Shown one piece after another: positions 1 through 11,420 of a stretch of DNA of 33,435 nt (position 1 is the first letter of the stretch; each line of letters begins with the position of its first letter). Position numbers and translations under genes: made by a program. The notes under the pieces were generated by a model. That model ran no database searches. It was not told the DNA's origin and saw only the letters and a list, made by a program, of their open reading frames with translations. Source of the stretch: Chiloscyllium plagiosum (taxonomy: Eukaryota); NCBI RefSeq assembly GCF_004010195.1, contig NC_057718.1, positions 13,809,249 to 13,842,683 of the forward strand, given 5' to 3'.

Positions 1-455
1 GAAGAACGCCTCATCTTCTGCCTCGGAACACTTCAACCCCAGGGCATTAATGTGGATTTTAACAGTTTCCTCATTTCCCCTTCCCCCACCTCATCCTAGC
101 TTCTAACCTCCAGAAACTCGGTCCCCTGACCTGTCCGGACTTGTCCGACCTGCCCAGCTTCTTTTCCACCTATCCACTCCACCCTCTCCTCCCTGACCTA
201 TCACGTTCATCTCCTTCCCCACTGACCTATTGTACTCTATGCTACTCTCTCCCCCCCCCCCCCCCCCTCTAGCTTATCTCTCCACGCTTCAGGCTCTCTG
301 CCTTTATTCCTGATGAAGGGCTTTTGCCCGAAACGTCGATTTTGCCTGTCCTCGGATGCTGCCTGAATTGCTGTGCTCTTCCAGCACCACTGATCCAGAA
401 TAAGATTTGGGCCAGCAAATTGGTTTCCAGCATCTGCAGTCATTGTTTTTACCAG
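1..455 (+). mobile_element. 3' end of a Penelope-like retroelement (GIY-YIG C-terminus, pyrimidine-rich 3' region, pseudo-LTR with hammerhead-like motif)
   Basis: Frame 1 from base 1 reads EERLIFCLGTLQPQGINVDFNSF, like the E..LIF.LGTL.P.G.N C-terminus of Penelope GIY-YIG endonucleases. It is followed by C/T-rich sequence and the CCTGATGAAGGGCTTTTGCCCGAAACGTCG...GATGCTGCCTGA..TGCTGTGCT..TCCAGCA motif repeated elsewhere in the window. Confidence 0.75.
310..337 (+). ncRNA. Minimal hammerhead-ribozyme-like core (Penelope-associated)
   Basis: CTGATGA (310-316), extra A, stem II GGGC-TTTT-GCCC, GAAA (330-333), CGTC. Helix III is reduced to palindromic ACGT and helix I is weak. Confidence 0.6.
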
Positions 456-1414
456 AGTTTTGTTGAAGACAGCCAGAAAGATTGGTAAGGGCAGTGCAGT
501 CAACATTATCTACATGAACTGTAGAAAACCTTTGACAAGGTTCCGCATGGTAGACTAATTAGTAAAGGTAAATCACATGGGATACAAAGTGAAGCTTGCC
601 AATTGAATCCAAAATTGGCTTGACAGTAGGAGACAGAGGGTGGTTGTGGGAGGGTTTTTTGGACTGGAGGCCTGTGACCAACAATGTTCCACGGGAATCT
701 ATGTTGGGTCCACTATTGTTTATCATTTAAATAAACAATTTGGGTTGGAATTTAGGAGGCATGGTTAGTACATTTGTGGTTGATACAAAAACTGGTGGTA
801 TAGTTGACAGTGAAGATGATTAGAAAGAGATCTTAATCAATTGGATCAATGAGCTGAGGAGTGACAGATGGAGTTTATTTTGAATAAATGCAAGGTATTG
901 CATATTGGTGAAGGGTAGAACTCATGCACTTCATGGTAGGGCCTTGGGCAGTTTTGTAGAATAGAGATTCCTAGGGGTTCAGGTACATAGTTCTTTGCAA
1001 GTTGTGTCACAGGTAGACACGGTGGTTAAGGCATTTAGCATGCTTTCCTTCATTGCTCAGACCATTGAGTATAGGAGTTGGGATGTCATGACGAGGCCAC
1101 CTTTGGAGTACTGTGTACATTTCTGGTCACCCTGCTAAACGAAATTGAGGAGGGCTCAAAAGATTTATCAGGATGTTGCCAGGACTGAAGGTTTTGAGTT
1201 ATAAGGAGAGGCTGGATAGCCTGGGAGTTTTTTCATTTGAGCGTAGGAGGTCGAGGGGTGAACTTATGGAAGTTTATAAAATCATGAGGGGCGCATATGA
1301 GGTGAATAGCAAAAGTCTGTTGGTTAGGGTGGGAGTTCAAAGCTAGGGGGCACTTTTTAAGGTGTGAAAAGAAAGATTTAAAAGGGACCTGAGGGGCAAC
1401 ATTTTCATACAGAG

Positions 1415-1725
1415 GATAACTTGTGTGTGAATTGAACTGCCAGAGGAAGTGGTAAATGCAGGTACAGTTACAGCGTTTAGGAGATTCGATGTTTCGGGCA
1501 CAGGCCCTTCTTCACAGGCCCTTCCTCAGGCCCTTCCTCGGCCTGTGCCCGAAACGTCGAATCTCCTGTTCCCTGGATGCTGCCTGACCTGCTGTGCTGT
1601 TCCAGCAATAAAGTTTCAACTTTGATCTCCAGCATCTGCAGACCTCACTTTCTCCTCGAAGATAACTTGTGTGTGAATTGAACTGCCAGAGGAAGTGGTA
1701 AATGCAGGTACAGTTACAGCGTTTA
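1415..1725. repeat. 65-bp perfect direct repeat (1415-1479 and 1661-1725) flanking an inserted element
   Basis: GATAACTTGTGTGTGAATTGAACTGCCAGAGGAAGTGGTAAATGCAGGTACAGTTACAGCGTTTA occurs identically at both positions. Confidence 0.95.
1480..1660 (+). mobile_element. Short Penelope-derived pseudo-LTR insertion with partial inverted 5' end
   Basis: GGAGATTCGATGTTTCGGGCACAGGCC is inverted relative to GGCCTGTGCCCGAAACGTCGAATCTCC. Continues into GGATGCTGCCTGACCTGCTGTGCTGTTCCAGCA...CAGCATCTGCAGACCTCACTTTCTCC, the same family as 8218-8422. Confidence 0.8.
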
Positions 1726-2629
1726 AAAGACCTTTGGATAGGTACATGAACAGGAAAGGTTTAGAAGGATATGGGTCAAATGGAGGCAAGTGGGACTAGG
1801 AAACTTGGTCAGCATGGATGAGTTGAATCGAAGGGTCTGTTGCCATGCTGTGTGACTTTGACTCTATAAAATGAAACACAGTTAATCTGCAAATCTGAAA
1901 TAAAAACAAATGGGGGAAAAGACATGTCAGGCAGCATGTATGGAGGGGAAAGAAATTATGTTTCATGTCCAGTGCTCAAAATACACAGATGATCACACCC
2001 TAAAACCTCTGTTTGCCCACAAGTAGTCAATTATGAAAGCAGTTAATCATAGAAGGGTCACATCTGTATGTAGAAATAACAATCAATGAGGAATTGTTCC
2101 TCTCTTGCCTTAGGTGTTGGTAGGTTGACGAGAGGAACAGCATGTTTATGGGAAGTGCTGGTGGTGAACGAGTTGCCAGGAGGTTCCTGTTGCCAAGTTC
2201 AGGGCTGAGAATTTTGCTGAGGACGGGTCCATAATTTGCTGAGTTTAGGGCTGCACCTTTTCTCCAGTCTGGAGTGAGTAGGAGGCTGCAAAATGGGTTA
2301 TGGATGGGGGGAAAAGCAGGCTTCAAGGAGGTTGTGGGTACAAAGGAAATTCTACAAGGTTTGGGGAAGCAAAGGAGCAGAAGCAAGAACAATATAGGAG
2401 TGAGGACGGCTGTAAAGATGAGAGAAAACTTTTTAAACCCATCAAGAAAAAAGCACTCAGCTTGATCAGAGATAGGGAAGACTGAAGTCACTAAGTTAAT
2501 GAATTCCTTACAAACAAATGAGGAATCTCTAGCTTAAGGCAGCACATGTACATGAGTTACTCCGTGAGGGAAGAAAGTAGTGGATCCTATTGGAGTGACT
2601 ACTGCCTGGCGAATTCTTACATCCACGAT

Positions 2630-3055
2630 GTAGTGAATAGGAGCAAGAGTAGGCCATTCGATCCTTCAAGCCAGTTCCAGCATTCATTATGATCATGGCT
2701 GATCATCCAACTCAATAACCTGTTCCTGCTTCTCCCCCATCCCCCACCTTGGTGCCTTTAGCCACAAGTGCTATAAACAACTCCTTGAAATTATACAATG
2801 TTACTGGCCTTAGCTGCTTTGTGGTAACGAATGCCGCAGGCTCACCACACTCTTGGTGAAGAATTTCTCCTCCTCTCTTCACCCTATATCTTTACACTGT
2901 GCCCCCCATTCTATATTCCCCCACCATCCTGAACAACCTTCCTGCACTAACCATATGTAGCTGTTAGAAATTTGTAGGTTTCCATTAGGTTACCACTCAC
3001 CCCCCACATCCCAGCAATTCTTCTGAACTCTGGCAAATACAGTCCTAACCGATTT
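2630..3055 (-). mobile_element. CR1 LINE 3' fragment
   Basis: Reverse-oriented CR1 3' UTR (ATAGGAGCAAGAGTAGGCCATTCGATCCTTCAAG...TGATCATGGCTGATC) followed by RT-tail sequence (ACCACACTCTTGGTGAAGAATTTCTCCTC). Confidence 0.7.
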
Positions 3056-3059
3056 GTGC

Positions 3060-3335
3060 TTTAGACTGTCTGGCTGTGTGGAGTTTGCACATTCTCCTGT
3101 GTCTGCGTGGGTTTCCTCCCACAGTTCAGAAATGTACAGATTAAGTGGATTGGCTATGCTAAATTGTCCATAGTGTCCGGGGATGTGCAGGATGGGTGGA
3201 TTGGCCAAGAGAAATGCAGGGTTACAGGGATAGGATAGGTGGGTAGCTCTGGTTGGGATGCTGTCTGGAGGGGTAGTCTGACTTGATGGGCTAAATAGCC
3301 TGCTTCCCCACAGTAGAGTTTCTATGATTCTATGA
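3060..3335 (+). mobile_element. SINE fragment, HE1/V-SINE-like, with CR1-derived tail
   Basis: Core TGTGTGGAGTTTGCACATTCTCCTGTGTCTGCGTGGGTTTCCTCC...GGATTGGCTATGCTAAATTG; tail GATGGGCTAAATAGCCTGCTTCC...TTCTATGATTCTATGA. The family name comes from recall of shark SINE cores. Confidence 0.7.
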
Positions 3336-4601
3336 TGTGCTTTATGTTCCCCTTTAAGTGCTTTGATTTTCAGAAAAGATGTGATTGTGCTTAATTAATT
3401 CAATGTGTCACATACCCAATCCATCATCTCTTGTTGGATTATTTTGTGGAAATTTGTGCACAAGTGGGGTAAAATTAATTACTGGATAAGTTCTTGCTGT
3501 TATAATTCCTTTCCTTGGCAAAGCTATAAAACTGGTCACTGTTCAGACCCTGAGTTTACATTTCCAAGTAGTTATGGAAATTTGGGGTAAATATTGCTGC
3601 TATTTTCTTGCCAGTCTAGCCTTTCGGTATTCTGATCATTGGTGAGTTAGGACATTTTAATATATTTAGTTTTTTTTTTTCTTTTTCACTACTTTTACTC
3701 TTTACCTCCATCCATGGATTTTTCATCCCTCTTTGAAGTTCCAAGCTCCCACTTTTGCCAGCTGTCTTAACAATAGAATTAACTACTGTGTACCATTCCT
3801 TCACTTTCAGGTACAAGATGCTTCTTCAAATAAATATACCACTTATCCTCTGATTCTGTTCACTACGTTGTTCTAGAATTTCTTGTGAATTCCCCTAGCA
3901 ACTACTATATTTAGAGTCCCTCTTGATCTTTTAAATCTATTTTCACTTTCAGTACTTTTTATTGTTTATTTTCTGTACTGTGCTTCCACGTAACTAGTGC
4001 CATTTTTAATGTAATCTTGGCTGTAATCATTGATGGAATCCAGCATTTTTTTTTAATATCCCCATCACTTTTAGTTGGAAGATAGTTAATATTTTATCCG
4101 TTATCTACTTCAGTATCTCCCAATCCTAGCCAACTGTACTCTTCTATTTTTTTATGAACAATTAGTAGGCTCAGTCCCCTTTCATTCCATTGAAACTAAC
4201 TGACACTGGCTGATATCCCAAGCATCTTGTTTCAAGTCTATCATTAATAAAATTTATTAGTACTGCAGACTTCATCTCTGATTTCTTTCTGATATTTCTG
4301 ACCATGCTGTGTGTCACTCATTTGCAAAATGCAAAGTGACAATAATTATATAAATCTAACTGGTTCTGAGCCCTCAGCTTACCATTTAAATGTGACTTTT
4401 TCAAATATGTAATTTGGATCAGTATTCCGTTGTGTTGTAAATTGATTATCAGTGATTACAATATGTTCCCATTGCATATTGTGGTTTTACTCGCTGTCAT
4501 TAGTACTTTGTATAGATAGTCATCATTTTTGTGTAAACCTTAAAGGGATGATGTCCTACTGTTTGGCATCCACAGGAAATACAGACAAGTCAATTCTTGT
4601 C

Positions 4602-5087
4602 AAGGATTCAGAAAAGATTTACAAAGATGTTGCCAGGGTTGGAGGATTTGAGCTATAAGGAGAGGCTGAACAGGCTGGGGCTGTTTTCCTGCGTCGGAGG
4701 CTGAGGGGTGACCTTATAGAGGTTTACAAAGATATGAGGGGCATGGATAGGATAAATAGACAAAGTCTTTTCCCTGGGTTGAGCAAGTCCAGACCTAGAG
4801 GGCATAGGTTTAGGGTGAGAGGGGAAAGATATAAGAGAGACCTAAGGGGCACCTTTTTCACACAGAAGGTAGTATGTGTATGTAAGGAGCTGCCAGAGGA
4901 AGTGGTGGAGGCTGGTACAATTGCAACATTTAAAAGGCATCCGAATAGGTACATGAATAGGAAGGGTTTGGAGGGATATGGGCCGGGTGCTGGCAGGTGG
5001 GGCTAGATTGGGGTGGGATATCTGGTCGGCATGGACAGGGTTGGACCGAAGGGTCTGTTTCCATGCTGTACATCTCTATGACTCTAT
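4602..5087 (+). mobile_element. 5'-truncated CR1 LINE with probable 10-bp target-site duplication
   Basis: CR1 ORF2 C-terminus (MRGMDRINRQSLFP...RGHRFRVRGERYKRDLRG.FFTQ.VV) and tail TCCATGCTGTACATCTCTATGACTCTAT. Flanked by AATTCTTGTC (4592-4601) and AATTCCTGTC (5088-5097). Confidence 0.88.
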
Positions 5088-5413
5088 AATTCCTGTCCAC
5101 AGCAGATGTGCACACACACTAGAAGTTGCTTGATGGTAGTCAGGAATAAGAAATCTGTCTGGTTTTTTTTTGTCCCCTTCCTTTCCAAGTCACTGCAACT
5201 GCATATAACTTCAATCATGAGCCTAATTGAGCTAACTATGTACAGGCAAGGAAACACATCTACCACCATTTTAATCCATGTAATTTACCTAAGCATAGTA
5301 GACCATCAGGAAAGTATGATAATATCTATATTTTTTAAAATCCTTCATTGCACATAATATTTTTATTCCATGTGTTCCATCAAAATGTAGGTATTTATGC
5401 ATCTTACCAGAAG

Positions 5414-6000
5414 GTCATAAGATGTAGGAACAGAATTAAACCATTCAGCCCATCAAGTCTGCTCCACAATTCGATCATGGCTGATATGTTTCTCAACCCT
5501 ATTCTCCTTCCCGTAACCCTTGTCTCCCTTACCAATCAAGAACTTGTGTCCCTGTCTTAAATATGCTCAATGACTTGGCCTCCACAGCCACTGCAGCAAT
5601 GCGTTCCACAGATTCACCACCCTCTGGCTGAAGAAATTCCTCCTCATTTTCAGTTCTAAAGGTTGTTCCTTCACTCTAAGGCTGTGCCCTCAGACCCTAG
5701 TCTCTCCTAGTGGAAACATTTTCATGTCTACTTTTATCCAGGTCTTTCTGTATTCAGTCAGACTCCCCCGTCTGCCTATATCTTTCTAAACTCCACTGCG
5801 TACAGACCCAGAACCCACAACCACTCCTCATCTGAGAAGCCCTTCATCCCTGGGATCATTCTTGCAAACTTACTCTGTACCCCATCCAACACCAGCACAT
5901 CCTTAAGATACAGGGCCTAAAAGTGCTCACGTATTTCAAATGCAGTCTGACCAGAAACTTGTAGAGCCTCAACAGTACATCTTTGTCTTCATATTCTAGT
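5414..6000 (-). mobile_element. CR1 LINE 3' fragment
   Basis: Reverse CR1 3' UTR (CATAAGATGTAGGAACAGAATTAAACCATTCAGCCCATCAAG) and RT-tail sequence (TTCCACAGATTCACCACCCTCTGGCTGAAGAAATTCCTCCTC). Confidence 0.8.
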
Positions 6001-6904
6001 GTCGGTTATTGGTGGAGTATTGGTTTTAGAATCACCAGTTCCATAAGATCTTGGCTGATCTTGTGACCTCAACTCGACCTCCCTTTCTCTCCTCCATTGC
6101 CCTAACACCTGGCTCTTCATCCAGAAATAAAACTTCTTCATGGATTTTAAAAGAATTTGCCTCTGTCTTTTGTCAGCAACTCTCAAGCTACAGACTTTAT
6201 TACACAATAAAGCATCTTATAGTCTGTAGAGAATTTAATCACATTTTCTTTTCGTTGGATTGGTTCTCTTATACCATTTTTACCTTTTATACGGAATTCT
6301 ATAATACGCTGTACTTTTCAGGTAAAATCGCTGACGGTAGTTTAACATGAGGGTCACCGAGCCTCAGGTGTGGTCAGGAAAGTGGCACCTTCATGGTCAC
6401 CTCAGCCAGAACAGGAATTGAACCCAAACATGGGTGACACTCTGTGTAACAAACCAGCTGTCCAGCCAACAAGTCTCCTCCTTGGGGTCATGCTTTATGG
6501 ACACTTGGGAAGCAGAGTTAGCACATACTTTACTGAATTACATTTGGAGTGATGTTTAGTGGAACATAATGTAATTTGTTTTATTCTTTCATGAAATGTG
6601 AGCATTGCTGGCATGGTCAGCATTTGTTGCCCAGCTCTAATTGCCCTTGAATGGAGTGGCTTGCTAGGCCATTTCAGAAGGCTGTCATTTCTATGAATCT
6701 GGAAATATATGTAAGTCAGATCAATTAAAGATGGGTACTAAACCAGATGAGTTTTTACGATAATCACTGCAACTTGTTCTGGTAATCATTGTTGATTTAT
6801 ATTCCAGAATCATTAATTGAATTTGGAACTCCTCTAGCTGCTGTGATTGGTTTTGAACCCATTGTTTCTCAACCATTGAGCTAGCCCTCTCTGTATCACT
6901 AGTC

Positions 6905-7058
6905 AGAGAGATGTACAGCATGGAAAATAGACCCTTCCGTCCATGCCGACCAGCTATCCCAACCCAATCTAGTCCCACCTACCAGCACCCGGCCCACATC
7001 CCTCCAAACCCTTCCTGTTCATATACCTATCCAAATGCCTTTTAAATGTTGCAATTGT
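6905..7058 (-). mobile_element. CR1 3'-terminal fragment
   Basis: AGAGATGTACAGCATGGAAAATAGACCCTTC...CCTTTTAAATGTTGCAATTGT is the reverse complement of the tail at ~4915-5080. Confidence 0.85.
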
Positions 7059-7139
7059 GACATAATTACATATTACACCCCCTTACCCCACCTCCTTTGA
7101 ATTTAGAAAATATTTGTCCTGAATTTGAAGTGATACTAA

Positions 7140-7268
<129 letters not shown>

Positions 7269-7970
7269 TAAACAAAATAAAACCTCTAATTTAAACTGAA
7301 TTAGTTGCTTTTCTTTTTGGACTGAAGTGTAGGTGACCAAAGACTTACGCAGTGATTTAATCATGTAGTTATCATTAGTCTTGAGGTTTGTGGTGAGTAT
7401 TGCATCATCTCACCCCAGTTTACTGCAGTCTCCTCTTGCAGACATTTCATCCTGCATTACCTAATAGATCGTGGGACCATGATGGATATTGATTACTACT
7501 TAACTGCTTTTACTTCTGCTTTGTAATGCCCTCCTGGTCCTGAGATTGTCTCTGTTTGCTAGTCTACTATTCTGTCTGTCTCTTTCCCAAGAAAGCAAAA
7601 AGATCCCAAAGGATACTGATATTTAAAACCAACACTTAAAATTGATAATTACCTTTGAAGCTCCCAGAATCAATCAATTTCAGTTGTTACTGTAAGGTTG
7701 CCTTTGCAAATTGTAGATTTTTAGTTTAGTCTCATTCTGCATTGTGGTGGAAAGATATTGTGGTTGTGAACCTCAAATATTAAGTAGTAGAAAAGCACAA
7801 ATTGCCAAGAGTTGGAATTGGGGTTATTTCAATCTTTGTCCTGCTGCTAAATGCTGAAAATTTCAACAAAGTAATTATTGGTTGTGCTAAATTGTTCAGG
7901 CTAGAGTCTTTTCATCCCCAAATATAGATTAAAACTAAATCTCTTACTAAAGGCTGTTTGTCTTCTGCAG

Positions 7971-8064
7971 AGTTTGCCTATGGTGGCCATCCTTATCCAT
8001 TTTCAGGAATATTTGAAATCAGTCCTGGAGACTCAACAGAACTAGGGGACACATTCAAATTTAA
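7971..8064 (+). CDS. DESI2: DESI2 coding exon 3, 94 bp
   Basis: Acceptor TCTTCTGCAG|AG, donor TTAA|GTAAGT. Translates (E)[30 protein letters not shown](K), in frame with both neighbours. Confidence 0.96.
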
Positions 8065-8217
8065 GTAAGTATCATGGTCAAGAATGACCTTACTTTTCAC
8101 ACTTTTGAAAGTTCAATTATTAACATGATCCATTATTTATTAAGCATCTGTCATGCTCATAAGAGTAAAGCTGTTTTGATAGTCTCTGGGGGTGGGGTGG
8201 GTCATGGAAATCACATG

Positions 8218-8422
8218 AGGAGAAAGTGAGGTCTGCAGATGCTGGAGATCAGAGCTGAAAATGTATTGCTGGAAAAGCGCAGCAGGTCAGGCAGCATCCG
8301 GGGAACAGGAGAATCGACGTTTCGGGCATAAGCCCGAAGAAGGGCTTATGCCCGAAACGTCGATTCTCCTGTTCCCCGGATGCTGCTTGACCTGCTGCGC
8401 TTTTCCAGCAATACATTTTCAG
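8218..8422. mobile_element. Young palindromic Penelope-derived element with target-site duplication
   Basis: Inverted arms 8254-8335 and 8342-8423 with one mismatch around a GAAGAA spacer. CATGGAAATCACATG is duplicated at 8203-8217 and 8423-8437. Confidence 0.9.
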
Positions 8423-8610
8423 CATGGAAATCACATGCAAAGCAACGCCCAACGTTTTTAGTGTATTTATAGCTAGGAAGTACTTCCTACTCTTGCCATG
8501 CAGTTAAACCACCTGGGACAAATGCCACGGTACCAATTTGTTTCTCCCCCATTAAAGATGTTTGCTTCGGCCATAACTAGTTGAATTGAGGGGCAAAGTA
8601 AATTGAAAGT

Positions 8611-11420
8611 TTGCGATTTTTGTGAAAGTTTGTAGCTCAGGTTGTGGTTCAGGTTGTAAGTTTGCTCGCTGAGCTAGAAGATTTGTTTTCAGGCGTTTTG
8701 TCACTATGCTAGGTAACATAATCAGTGAGCCTCCATTGAAGTGCTGGTGTTCTGTCCCACTTTCTGTTTGTGTCTGCTGTGGTGGGCGATATCATTCCGG
8801 TTCTTTTTCTGCGAGGTTGGTAAATGGGGTCCACATCAATGTGTTTGTTGGAGTTCCAGTTTGAATGCCAGGCCTCTAGGAATTCCCATGTGTATCTTTG
8901 TTTAGCCTGTCCCAGGATGGATGCATTGTCAGAATCGAACTGGTGTGCCACGTTGTCTGTGTATAAGGATACAAGTGATAGTTGGTCATGTCTTTTGGTG
9001 GCTAGTTAGTGCTCGGATACCCTGATGGCTAGTTTTCTGCCAGTCTGTCTGATGTAATGTTTGTTACAGCCCTTGCTGGATATTTTGTGTATGACGTTCG
9101 TTCTGCTGGTTATTGGTACAGGGTCCTTTATGTTCATCAAGAGCTGTTTTAGTGTGTTGGTGGGTTTGTGGGCTTCCATGATGCCAAGGGACCGGAGTAG
9201 TCTGGTTGTCATCTCTGAGATGTCTTTAACATATGGTTGTGTGGCTCAAGTCTCTGAGCATGTTGTGTCATCTTGTTTAGGTTTTTTGTGTAAGAATCAG
9301 CAGACTGTGCTTGTTGGGTAGCCGTTCTTGAACATGTTGTATAGGTGTTTTTCTTCAGCATCTTGTAGTTCCTGGGTGCTGCAGTGTGTTGTGGCTCGTT
9401 TAAATAATGTCCTGCTGCAGCTGTGTTTGTGGGTGTTGGGATGATTGCTTCTGGAGTTGAGTATCTGGTCTGTAAGTGTCGCTTTCCTGTAGACACTGAA
9501 CTGCAGCTCTCCACTGGCTTTTCGATCTACTGTGACATCTAGGAAGGGGAGTCTGTTGTTATTCCTCTTTAGTGAACTTTATGCCAGTAAGGATATTGTT
9601 TGTGTTTGTGGGTTTCTTCTGGTGTCGTCCACAGCTTGGGCTGGATCATGGGGCGGATTGCCTGTACCAAGCTCTGCATAACTGCTTTTGCCAAAAATCT
9701 TGATCCCGTGGGTGTCCCTTTGATTTGTTTGTAAGTCTTGTCATTGTGGTTGCGACGCACAGGTCTACTAGTTTGAGGATGCTGTCCTTGCTGATGAAGT
9801 TGGTGCTGTCTGGTATTTGTGTCCTTGGTTCGTCTACTAGTGTGGCCAGTGTTACTTTGGCCAGGGTGATGTTTATTGATGTGAGTTATGCAGTCATGTT
9901 GAAGAAAACCACGACCTTGTGGTCCTCTATCTTGGTGTCTTTGATCTTCAGAAATTCCTGGGTGAAGGGGCTTGAGTCAAGATTAGAGTGGTGCTGGAAA
10001 AGCACAGCAGGTCAGGCAGCATCCGAGGAGCAGGAGAATTGACGTTTTGGGCAAAAGCCCTTCATCAGGAATCAATTCCTGATGAAGGGCTTTTGCCCGA
10101 AACGTTGATTCTCCTGCTCCTTGGATGCTGCCTGACCTGCTGTGCTTTTCCAGCACCACTCCAATCTCCAGTATTAGCAGTAACCACTTTCGCCTGGAGT
10201 GGCTTGAGTCTTCTAGGTATTTCAGTTTGCATTGAAGTTCTTTTGCTAGTCTGTATGTCGGTGTGCCGGGAAGTGAGACTATGGTTCTGGGGGCGTGCGG
10301 GCACCCTGGTTTATCTACCTTAGGTAATCTGTAGAAATGGGGTGTGTTGGATCCTTCAGGTTTCATTCTCTGGAGGTCTGTTTTGTTAATTTCACCTATT
10401 TATGGAGCTGCTTCTGTTTATGCAGTAATACAGTTTTCCGGCTATGGAGTCAGGTCCTTGTTTAAGTTTGTTGTCTAAGAATCGGCGGACTGTGCTTATC
10501 AGGTACTGGTATAAAGTTCACCAAAGAAAAAGAGAACGACAACAGACTCCCCTTCCTGGATGTCACAGTAGAACAAAAAGCCAATGGAGAGCTGTAGACC
10601 AGCGTCTACAGGAAAGCGATATGTACAGACCAGATACTCAACTACAGGAGCAATCAACCCAACACCCACAAACAGAGCTGCATCAGGGCATTATTTAAAC
10701 GAGCCACAACACACTTCAGCACCTAGCCAGGAACTATGTGATGCCGAAGAAAAACACCTATACAACATGTTCAAGAACAACAGGTACCAAACATGAACAG
10801 TCCACCAACTCTTACACAACAAACCTAAACAAGGTGATACAACATGCCCAGTGAGTCTAGCCATACAACCATACATTAAAGACGTCTTGGAGATGATGAC
10901 CAGACTTCTTCGGCCCCTTGGCATCATGGTAGTCTACAAACACACCGACACACTAAAACAGCTCTTGATGAATGTAAAGGACCCTGAACCAACAACCAGC
11001 AGAACAAATGTCTGCTACAAAATACCCTGCAAGACTGCAACAAACATTACATTGGACAGATTGGCAGGATACTAGCCACCAGGGTACATGAGCACCAACT
11101 AGCCACCAAAAGACACTACCAACTGTCATTGTGTATCCTTACACACAGACATTGAGGAACACCAGTTGGACTCTGACAATACATCCATCCTGGGACAGGC
11201 TAACAAAGACACAAACAAACGCGTCGATTTGGACCCCATTTACCAACCTCTCAGAAAAATAACTGGAAGTGATATCACCCACCACAATAGACCAAGGCAC
11301 ATAAATAGAAAGCGGGACAGTCCACCAGCGCTTCAGTGGAGGCTCACTGATGATGTTACCTAGCATGGTGACAAAATGTCTGAAAACAAATCTTCCAGCT
11401 CAGCGAGCAAACTTACAACC
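8611..11420 (-). mobile_element. Decayed Penelope-like retroelement (RT + GIY-YIG) with ~0.9 kb inverted 3' copy
   Basis: Minus-strand RT motif HFYRLPKVDKPG...IVSLPGTPTYRLAKEL (10366 down) and GIY-YIG motif NVIHKISSKGCNKHYIRQTGRKLAIRV.EH (9006-9212). 8651-~9570 is the diverged reverse complement of ~10505-11421. Possible TSD TAAATTGAAAGT (8599-8610) / TAAATTGAGAGT (11421-11432). Confidence 0.88.
9979..10200. mobile_element. Palindromic Penelope-derived element nested in the larger Penelope copy
   Basis: Inverted arms ~9980-10072 / ~10075-10167; TSD GGCTTGAGTC at 9969-9978 and 10201-10210. Hammerhead-like core CTGATGA-A-GGGCTTTTGCCC-GAAACGTT at 10079-10106. Confidence 0.88.

Larger units (their letters stand above)
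460..1867 (+). mobile_element. Decayed CR1 LINE, ORF2 RT region through 3' UTR, interrupted by an insertion at 1480-1660
   Basis: CR1 RT-like nucleotide motifs (TTTGACAAGGTTCCGCATGG, TGGAGGCCTGTGACC, TTGGAGTACTGTGTACATTTCTGGTCACC, GGAGAGGCTGGATAG) with many stops and frameshifts. Ends in a CR1-type tail GAAGGGTCTGTTGCCATGCTGTGTGACTTTGACTCTAT. Confidence 0.85.
2451..5082 (+). repeat. Left arm of ~2.6 kb inverted duplication (partner 19058-21666)
   Basis: The reverse complement of 19058-21666 aligns collinearly, from AAGCACTCAGCTTGATCAGAGATAGGG to CATCTCTATGAC. The ORF track shows mirrored translations (3405-3590 + vs 20520-20705 -; 2990-3208 - vs 20902-21117 +). Confidence 0.97.

Noticed and set aside
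2027..2491. 154-aa minus-strand ORF with hydrophobic N-terminus
   Set aside because: Non-ATG start, no recognisable family, and antisense to a purine-rich intronic stretch; probably chance.
3405..3590. Duplicated 61-aa ORF (also 20520-20705) as a small gene pair
   Set aside because: It is a by-product of the inverted duplication, begins at GTG rather than ATG, and shows no recognisable domain or splice context.
6575..6900. Old LINE-like 3' fragments here and at ~14315, ~17715, ~23015 and ~30760
   Set aside because: Recognisably repetitive but too decayed to assign family or boundaries by eye.
8249..8461. Recurrent small ORFs (…CWKSAAGQAAS.EQENRRFG…, …LMPETSILL…CCLTCCAFPA…) resembling a peptide family; also at 237, 9983, 15925 and 26304
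   Set aside because: They are translations of the two strands of the same non-coding Penelope-derived repeat.
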